NCBI GenBank assembly: GCA_965369655.1
Contig: CBDUQR010000062.1
Coordinates: forward strand, 1-12,215
Direction of reading: 5' to 3'
Length of the DNA: 12,215 bases
Source of the DNA: an uncultured bacterium
Lineage (GTDB): Bacteria; Zixibacteria; MSB-5A5; JAABVY01; JAHJOQ01
This document shows positions 6,268 through 12,215 of this stretch, piece by piece. Position numbers and translations under genes: made by a program. Within the stretch, counting starts at the first letter, position 1. Each line of letters opens with the position of its first letter. Under the pieces are notes generated by a model that had not been told where the DNA came from, did no database searches, and was given only the letters and a program-made list of their open reading frames with translations.

Positions 6268-7047
6268 TCAGTAGGACGATGCGAATGTCATCATGTCATC
6301 GACGCCCAGGTCTGAAACCGCTACGCACCAGATACCTTGGCACTGCCACAGCATAATATTGAGGCCATCCAGAGAACCGATATGATACTCGTGATTTCCA
6401 TGCTTCGTGGGCTTCAGTCCGTCGGGAACTGTGAAATGCTCGTCCGGAAGCACGTATACTGAGACGTCATTAGCTCCGTAATTAAACATCATGTGTCCAG
6501 CGACATGATCACCAATTGTTTCGATCAACCCGAGAGTGGCGTCACGATCAGAATGGGATGCGAAGAATTTCTCCGGCAACCGCACGACATCGGCGAAACA
6601 TGAATCGATCTGATCCAGTGTCATTGCCGCATGCGCGCCGGACAGCATGTCCTCAATACACTTCTTGTGGCTGGCCAGGAAAGGCTTAACGTCCGCAGCC
6701 AGAACAGTGGAGTCACTCTGACCAAGAAACGAATACAATCCGACAACAGTCACAATCACAGCGGCTACGGCCGCCAGATACGGGCGAAACCGCTGGAACA
6801 AACCCGAGCGCCCTGAGGAAGCGTCAATTTCGGCAATGTGCTCCATCACCTTTGCCTTCAGAGGCTCTGCATCTACAGTCAGCTTCCCTTTCTCCGAGAC
6901 AAACACATGAAGAAGTTTCTCGAATTCGTACTTGCCAAAACAATGCTCGCAGGTTGAAAGGTGAGCCTTGATTTTCTTGACGGCTGATTCGTTCAACTCG
7001 TTGTCGAGATAGTCGTAAAGATGTCCTAATGCTTCACGGCAGTTCAT
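6268..7047 (-). CDS. Membrane-anchored zinc-binding anti-sigma factor (zf-HC2/ZAS)
   Basis: 259 aa. MNC...LYDYLDNEL...HLSTCEHC gives the Cys + HxxxCxxC pattern. One TM helix (YLAAVAAVIVTVVGLYSFL) and a ~150-aa C-terminal domain. The start overlaps the sigma stop codon (ATGA, 7047-7044). Confidence 0.9.
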   Translation of the reverse strand: MNCREALGHLYDYLDNELNESAVKKIKAHLSTCEHCFGKYEFEKLLHVFVSEKGKLTVDAEPLKAKVMEHIAEIDASSGRSGLFQRFRPYLAAVAAVIVTVVGLYSFLGQSDSTVLAADVKPFLASHKKCIEDMLSGAHAAMTLDQIDSCFADVVRLPEKFFASHSDRDATLGLIETIGDHVAGHMMFNYGANDVSVYVLPDEHFTVPDGLKPTKHGNHEYHIGSLDGLNIMLWQCQGIWCVAVSDLGVDDMMTFASSY

Positions 7048-7628
7048 TTGCTACCTTCTGTTGCAATTCCCCGTTGCACAGCATAGTCCCAAAGGCTCTT
7101 CTGCAGCAGTTTGCGTGCACGATGCAGTCTGGACTTGACGGTCCCAAGCTGTATGTCTGCAATCTCGGCGATCTCTTCATAGGAGAATCCCTCGAGAAAA
7201 GCGAGGATGACTACCATGCGGAAATCTTCGGGCAGCTCCCCTATGACTGACCGGACATCGCTGTCCATGAGCTTCGAGAAGAGCATCTCCTCCGGGTCGG
7301 CGGCCATCCCCCTGGAACTCTCCAACTGGTGATAGAGGAAGTTGTCGTCAATATCCTCGTACGACACTCCAGTCGGTTTCCTGGCTTTCTGACGATAGTT
7401 GTTGATAAAGATATTCGTCATTATCTTGAAGAGCCAGGCCTTGATATTGGATCCGCGCTCGAACCGGTCAAAGAAGCGATAAGCCTTTAGCATTGTTTCC
7501 TGAACAAGATCCTCTGCGTCGTTCTGATTCCTGGTCATTCGAAGAGCCGTGCGCAACAGCGCATCCGTATGCACAAGCGCTATCGGCTCGAATTCCTTCT
7601 GTGCAACTGATACTTTGCTCTTGGCCAC
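7044..7628 (-). CDS. ECF RNA polymerase sigma-70 factor (SigR/SigH-like)
   Basis: 194 aa, GTG start. Region 2 DAEDLVQETMLKAY..FDRF..KAWLFKIMTNIFINNYR. Region 4 LPEDFRMVVIL...FSYEEIAEIADIQLGTVKSRLHRARKLL. Confidence 0.95.
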   Translation of the reverse strand: MAKSKVSVAQKEFEPIALVHTDALLRTALRMTRNQNDAEDLVQETMLKAYRFFDRFERGSNIKAWLFKIMTNIFINNYRQKARKPTGVSYEDIDDNFLYHQLESSRGMAADPEEMLFSKLMDSDVRSVIGELPEDFRMVVILAFLEGFSYEEIAEIADIQLGTVKSRLHRARKLLQKSLWDYAVQRGIATEGSK

Positions 7629-7667
7629 GACACCCTATCCTGACCGCAGCCTCCAGCCACAGTCATG

Positions 7668-7692
7668 AACCAATTCGGGGCTGATTTGTTCC
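7668..7692 (-). promoter_or_regulatory. Putative autoregulatory ECF promoter of the sigma/anti-sigma pair
   Basis: Minus strand GGAAC(7692-7688)-N17-GTT(7670-7668), about 40 nt upstream of GTG 7628. Resembles SigR/SigH GGAAY...GTT promoters. Confidence 0.55.
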
Positions 7693-7746
7693 CAGCGTTA
7701 GTTTTCCAAGATAGGCTCAATCGAGCTACATTCAAGAACTATTTTG

Positions 7747-8322
7747 TCACGAATGAAGCTCGGCGAATCGCCGCGAGACCATTGCGAAGAGATAATCAAA
7801 GAGATGGGAAGAAAAAATTGAAAAGGCGAAAGGCGCCGGTGAGGCGAAATTCATCGTGCCCAGCACACGACCATCCACGCGCATTGGTACAATAGCGAGC
7901 GAACTGGTATCTGAAAGCAGCAGGAGCTTCCGTTCGATGATATTGCCGACAACCTGCTCCGGGAAATCTTCCAGGTATATACGTCCGTCTTCGAGCACTT
8001 TGCGCATCAAAGACTTGTTGCCGGCAACGCTGATCACCACTCCGGAATGTACATCACCACCCTGACACACAACGGGAACCCTCATCCGATCCTTTTCGGG
8101 ATCGTTGAGCGAGTAGGAAGCTTTGTGGATAGCGAAAAACTTATCCAGTTTCTTCGTAAGTCGGACAAAGACATCCTTTCTGGTTCTTAGTGAGCATATC
8201 GAGGACTCCAGGCTCCTGTAGATAACCCGCTGCGAGTCCAGGTCAAAGATCACATTCCGGTAATCGTCACTGTTATACGCGGCGATACCGGCAAACGTCT
8301 GTTCAATCTCAGCAATCTTCAA
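7747..8322 (-). CDS. Stand-alone GAF-domain protein
   Basis: Likely TTG start at 8322 with GAGGT SD (191 aa); the ORF is open to 8361. GAF signatures KASYSLND, SLMRKVLEDGR, SSLAIVPMRVDGRVLGTMNFAS..FAFS. No output domain. Confidence 0.8.
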   Translation of the reverse strand: MKIAEIEQTFAGIAAYNSDDYRNVIFDLDSQRVIYRSLESSICSLRTRKDVFVRLTKKLDKFFAIHKASYSLNDPEKDRMRVPVVCQGGDVHSGVVISVAGNKSLMRKVLEDGRIYLEDFPEQVVGNIIERKLLLLSDTSSLAIVPMRVDGRVLGTMNFASPAPFAFSIFSSHLFDYLFAMVSRRFAELHS

Positions 8323-8407
8323 ATCAGAACCTCGTCGGCGTATCGATGTCGTTGCGCCCAATTCGATATCGATTCGACTGCGGCCCCCGCCGATGAGCAG
8401 TTACATG

Positions 8408-9790
8408 CTAACCAGAAGAATCGACGGCTGTTGCCTCTCTTTCCTTGATTTTCTTCATCTTCCGCCACAGTGTCGTTCGGCCGATTCCAAGTTGCCTGGC
8501 GGTTCGTGTATAATTCCACCCGTTCTCACGGAGAGACGAGAGGATATATTCCAGTTCTTTGTTCTCGAGCGATTTCTCTCTGCCGGGACCAGATTTGATA
8601 AGAAGCCTGTGAGGCCCTTCGATTACATCTGTCACAAGAATCAGGTCCTCGCTCCTTATCTTGTCGGAATTCGCGAGAGCGACTGTCCGTTTGATCGCGT
8701 TTTCCAGCTCCCTGACATTACATGGCCAGGAGTGTCTCATCAGTGTCCGGGCTGTCTCCGGTGTGAGAGCCATGGGTAGCTTGCCGAACTCGCGGCAATA
8801 TTTTTTTACGAAATGCTCGGCGAGCAGAAGGACATCCTCTCCTCTCTCTCGGAGTCTTGGCAGGATGATCTGATTCGCTGTCAGGATGTCAAACAGGCCC
8901 TTCCTGAACAATTTCTTTTCCACCGCTTCTGAAAGATTCTGCGTCGTGGCCGCAATAACGCGAACGTCAATCGACCTGTCGCTGTCGGAACCGATCGGCC
9001 GAATAACTCCCCGCTGTAGCAACGCACAGAGCCGCGCCTGAAGATCGGCACTCAAGTCTGCAATATCCTCGATGAACAGGGTCCCGCCGTCAGCTTCTTC
9101 GATCAGCCCGATTCTGGATACGTCTACCGTCGGAGACACTCCTTTCATCTGACCGAACAATTCAACCGCGAGCAATTCATCGGGAGCGGCAGAGCAGTTC
9201 ACCGCAAGGAACTTGTTTCTCTTTCTTGCTGAGTTATCATGCACCGCTTTGGCTACCAGTTCCTTACCGGTTCCAGACTCGCCTTTGACAAGCAGAGCCA
9301 CGCTTGTCCCGGAGTACTTCCCGACCAGATCGATCACTTTGCGAATCGCAGGGAATTGACCGATTATGGTCCCAAAGTTGTACTTGTAGTCGAGCACCTC
9401 GCGCAAATACTTGACCTCAGCTACCAGCTTTCTTCTCTCCAGAGCTTTGTCCACCACCACGATCAATTCATCACTCTTGAACGGTTTGGTGACGTACTCA
9501 AACGCCTCGGCACGCATCGCCTCAACCGCGTTTTCTATCGATCCGAAGGCGGTCAGGAGTATCACTTCCACTTCAGGTGAGTTGGCCTTTATTCGTCTCA
9601 GCAGGTCCAGCCCCGACATCTCTTCCATCCTTAAATCGGTGACAACAACATCGAAGTTATCCCTGCTGAGGCACTCGAGTGCTTCCCTTCCGTTCCTGGC
9701 CTGGCTGACCTCGCACCCATGCCTGGTCAGCAGCAGCGACACAGTGTGGAGCAGAGCATCGTCATCATCAACAACGAGGATTTTCGCCAT
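8408..9790 (-). CDS. NtrC-family response regulator (REC-AAA+-Fis HTH) with a degenerate sigma54-activator domain
   Basis: Start moved to ATG 9790 (460 aa). REC intact (ILVVDDD, VVTDLRM, LTAFG, YVTKPF). Walker A GESGTGKE present. GAFTGA is replaced by GVSPTV and Walker B reads LFIEDI. HTH GWNYTRTARQLGIGRTTLWRKMK. Confidence 0.92.
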   Translation of the reverse strand: MAKILVVDDDDALLHTVSLLLTRHGCEVSQARNGREALECLSRDNFDVVVTDLRMEEMSGLDLLRRIKANSPEVEVILLTAFGSIENAVEAMRAEAFEYVTKPFKSDELIVVVDKALERRKLVAEVKYLREVLDYKYNFGTIIGQFPAIRKVIDLVGKYSGTSVALLVKGESGTGKELVAKAVHDNSARKRNKFLAVNCSAAPDELLAVELFGQMKGVSPTVDVSRIGLIEEADGGTLFIEDIADLSADLQARLCALLQRGVIRPIGSDSDRSIDVRVIAATTQNLSEAVEKKLFRKGLFDILTANQIILPRLRERGEDVLLLAEHFVKKYCREFGKLPMALTPETARTLMRHSWPCNVRELENAIKRTVALANSDKIRSEDLILVTDVIEGPHRLLIKSGPGREKSLENKELEYILSSLRENGWNYTRTARQLGIGRTTLWRKMKKIKEREATAVDSSG

Positions 9791-9827
9791 GATACTCAAC
9801 CTCTCATTCCTGGACTTGTTATCAACT

Positions 9828-11063
9828 TCAGTTGCATATCGGCAGTGTCAGCCTGATGACCGCACCGCTTTCAGTCGGTCCTATCGCCAGCCTGCCGCTA
9901 TGCGCATTTACCGTTCCAAAAATCTCATGCAGACCCAGACCGGAACCACCATCCCTGGTGGTGTCAAAGGGTAACACAACCTTCCTTAGTATATCCGGTC
10001 TGATGCCGTCACCGTGATATTCAATCTTTATTTGAGCGAAGTGGCTTCCAGCCCGTGATTCATGGCCAGGATGGCCATGCCACTCCGACCTCGAACATCC
10101 AATTGTGACACTGCAGGATGAATCGAGTGCCGATGGCATCTTTTCGATCAGAAACATTAAAGCTCGTTTCATGACGTCGAGATCAAGCATTACATTTATT
10201 CGACTGACTTCATGAGATAATGCAGGTTCGGCCATCCCAGTGCCATCTGTCGCACAGCATTCCGCCAGTCCCCTCGTGAACTCAACGAGATCCACTTCCG
10301 ACAGGTGCACATCAGGCTCATGGACCAGTTCCATAAAGTTCTGAATGATCGCGTCTGCCCTCTGAGCTTCAGACTCGATGACATCGAGCAGCCCATGATT
10401 CTCTTGCGAAAGCGCACCCTGCCCGGAAGAGCTGACAAGATCGACTGCCGCAATTATCGCCCCGAGCGGGTTCTTCAGCGCGTGCGTCAGTTCTGTTGCG
10501 AATTCCTGGACGCCCAACTCTGTCACCGAGTCGGCGGTACGATCTTCCCCGATCATCATAGAACGGGGTGCGATGATTCGATTGTTCTCCAGTTCGATTC
10601 CGCCATGACCAGACGCATATCCTTCCGCAGTCGAGCTGATTTCCCTGAGTATGGCCTGCCAGACACGATCCGAGTCGGTCTTGACGGAAAGCCGCAGCTC
10701 TACGCGAAGTTCGACGCCATCGAGCGAACGTACGGGAAGATCAAGCTGGGCAAGTGAGCAGGCAGTCTCTGAAAACTCGGAGAAGTATGGAACCTCCACC
10801 GCCGATGGTCCATGCATTGACGAAGTCGCAGGCTCCGCATCATCGAGAACATACTCGACACTGTCTCTGGTTACGGAGCAGTTCAACACGGAACATTTTC
10901 GTGATTGATAAAAGAGGGATTCGAGTGAGGACTGAAGTCTGTTTTCCGGGACTTCCGAGCAGAACCACCTCAATGTTTCGATCAGGGTCGATCGAAACCG
11001 GCCATTTCGATCCGTGTCGTTAACTGCCAAAGTCCGATTTCGTATAGAAACAGAATTATCCAT
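9828..11063 (-). CDS. Soluble histidine-kinase-like protein (HisKA plus degenerate HATPase_c)
   Basis: 411 aa, no evident TM helix. H-box ELTHALKNPLGAI. N-box position reads LMFLIEKMPSAL, G1 IEYHGDGI, F box VVLPFDTTR, G2 GGSGLGL, then AHSGRL and GAVIRLTLP. The N-terminal ~180 aa are unassigned. Confidence 0.85.
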   Translation of the reverse strand: MDNSVSIRNRTLAVNDTDRNGRFRSTLIETLRWFCSEVPENRLQSSLESLFYQSRKCSVLNCSVTRDSVEYVLDDAEPATSSMHGPSAVEVPYFSEFSETACSLAQLDLPVRSLDGVELRVELRLSVKTDSDRVWQAILREISSTAEGYASGHGGIELENNRIIAPRSMMIGEDRTADSVTELGVQEFATELTHALKNPLGAIIAAVDLVSSSGQGALSQENHGLLDVIESEAQRADAIIQNFMELVHEPDVHLSEVDLVEFTRGLAECCATDGTGMAEPALSHEVSRINVMLDLDVMKRALMFLIEKMPSALDSSCSVTIGCSRSEWHGHPGHESRAGSHFAQIKIEYHGDGIRPDILRKVVLPFDTTRDGGSGLGLHEIFGTVNAHSGRLAIGPTESGAVIRLTLPICN

Positions 11064-11109
11064 ATTCCCCCGCTCAGTACATATCCGTTCAGGTTTGGAA
11101 CTAATGTTT

Positions 11110-11159
11110 GTATCGGAAACAGTGGAAATATCTTAACGGCGGAAAGAATAGATAATTCC
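11110..11159 (-). promoter_or_regulatory. Overlapping putative ECF and sigma28-type promoters upstream of the kinase gene
   Basis: GGAAT(11159-11155)-N17-GTT(11137-11135), and TTAAG(11136-11132)-N14-TCCGATAC(11117-11110). Confidence 0.5.
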
Positions 11160-11177
11160 AGGGATGTCAGGAGTTTG

Positions 11178-11207
11178 AAAAGAAGAGCCGGCGCGAAGCC
11201 GGCTCTT
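11178..11207 (-). terminator. Intrinsic terminator of the crotonase gene
   Basis: Perfect 10-bp stem AAGAGCCGGC (11183-11192)/GCCGGCTCTT (11198-11207) with a 5-nt loop. On the minus strand it runs into UUCUUUU and starts 5 nt after the stop codon. Confidence 0.85.
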
Positions 11208-11212
11208 ATATA

Positions 11213-11995
11213 TTATTTGCCTGTGAATTTCGCAGGTCGCTTTTCGAGAAACGCGGTAGTACCCTCGTTCTTGTCATCGGTCGCAAAAATGGCGGAGAAC
11301 TCGGCTGTTTCAATTGCGCATCCTGCCGGAAGTGATCCCTCGAGACCCTGTCTGACGCAACGTTTTATCGACGCTACCGCAAGGGGCGCTTTGGAGAGAA
11401 TCTTCTCAGCCAGTTTCCTCGCGGCATCATCGAGATCGGCAACCGGAAAGACGCTGTCGACCAGGCCGATTCTCAGAGCTTCGTCCGCTTTTACCATGTC
11501 ACCCGTGAGGAGCAACTCGAGCGCTTTGCCATCGCCGGCCAACCGGGGAAATCTCTGAGTACCGCCATAACCTGGAATAATACCGAGACTGATCTCGGGC
11601 TGTCCCAGTCTGGCACTGTCGGCTGCATAGCGTATATCGCACGCTATAGCCAGTTCACAGCCGCCGCCCAGAGCGAAACCGTTCACGGCGGCGATCGAGA
11701 TCAGATCAGATGTTTCAATCTGAGCAAACAGTTCGTGCCCTTTCTCGGAGATTCTCTTCGCACCAACCGAATCGGCCTGCTGGAGTTCCTTGATGTCGGC
11801 GCCGGCAACGAACGCCTTCTCGCCATCGCCGGTGATGATGACAACGCGTGTCGTTTCATCCTGCTCCAGTTCGGTGAAGGCATGTCCCAATTCGGTGATT
11901 GTTTCGTCGTTGAGCGCATTGAGGGCTTTTGGACGAGTGATGGTTATCACCGCCAGTCCCCCTTCAATTTCCACCTTGACATTATTGTAACCCAT
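11213..11995 (-). CDS. Enoyl-CoA hydratase/crotonase
   Basis: 260 aa. RPKALNALN, AFVAGADIKE, VNGFALGGGCELAIACD and GQPEISLGIIPGYGGTQR (both catalytic Glu present), ending EG..AFLEKR..F.GK. SD AAAGGAG. Confidence 0.95.
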   Translation of the reverse strand: MGYNNVKVEIEGGLAVITITRPKALNALNDETITELGHAFTELEQDETTRVVIITGDGEKAFVAGADIKELQQADSVGAKRISEKGHELFAQIETSDLISIAAVNGFALGGGCELAIACDIRYAADSARLGQPEISLGIIPGYGGTQRFPRLAGDGKALELLLTGDMVKADEALRIGLVDSVFPVADLDDAARKLAEKILSKAPLAVASIKRCVRQGLEGSLPAGCAIETAEFSAIFATDDKNEGTTAFLEKRPAKFTGK

Positions 11996-12105
11996 ACGGG
12001 CTCCTTTCTATGAATGCCATTTATCGTTCTCTTCCCGCCGATACATATCCGCGCGCCGAATGTCGACTCTCTGGTCTGAGAACCGTGATCGGCAACTGAG
12101 ATAAC

Positions 12106-12134
12106 ACTATAGCAGGGACAGAATGATTTGTCAA
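12106..12134 (-). promoter_or_regulatory. Sigma70 promoter for the crotonase gene
   Basis: Minus strand TTGACA(12134-12129)-N17-TATAGT(12111-12106) with extended -10 TG. Implies a leader of about 100 nt. Confidence 0.75.
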
Positions 12135-12215
12135 GTGGTCCACGTTCCGAGTCGATATTTACGAGTTGCCTCACATTAAATGTTACCGAATGGTGAAAGA
12201 TTTAGTCTGGGAACT

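Noticed and set aside
8363-8372. Palindrome TCGATATCGA upstream of the GAF gene
   Set aside because: Only 10 bp, single copy, and expected by chance in a window this size.
11611-11628. TGGCAC...TGCA as a sigma54 promoter
   Set aside because: GG-to-GC spacing is one base too long and it lies antisense inside the crotonase gene. I found no convincing -24/-12 site in the intergenic regions.

Overview
Bacterial chromosomal window with 11 credible protein-coding genes and three intergenic regions rich in repeats. No rRNA, tRNA, CRISPR array or intact transposase is visible. The left half holds unrelated single genes: a WxxGxW-repeat lipoprotein, an ornithine cyclodeaminase/mu-crystallin family enzyme, a secreted fibre-like protein with a C-terminal Peptidase_S74 chaperone, an HD-fold protein whose HD motif reads AD, and a DUF418 membrane protein. 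They are separated by nested REP/MITE-like palindromes, and one of these clusters appears to trap remnants of deleted genes. The right half is a minus-strand regulatory cluster downstream of a crotonase and its terminator: soluble histidine-kinase-like protein, NtrC-like regulator, stand-alone GAF protein, SigR/SigH-like ECF sigma factor, and zinc anti-sigma factor. The best candidate for an undescribed system is this cluster. The kinase has lost its ATP-binding N-box and G1 residues. The regulator has lost GAFTGA, Walker B and an arginine-finger motif. The phospho-His, the receiver Asp and the HTH are all kept, and matching GGAAY-N17-GTT ECF-type promoter motifs precede both the kinase and the sigma gene. 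The gene families suggest an FCB-group organism (Zixibacteria-like), but that is inference only. All family calls come from motifs recognised by eye; no searches were run.
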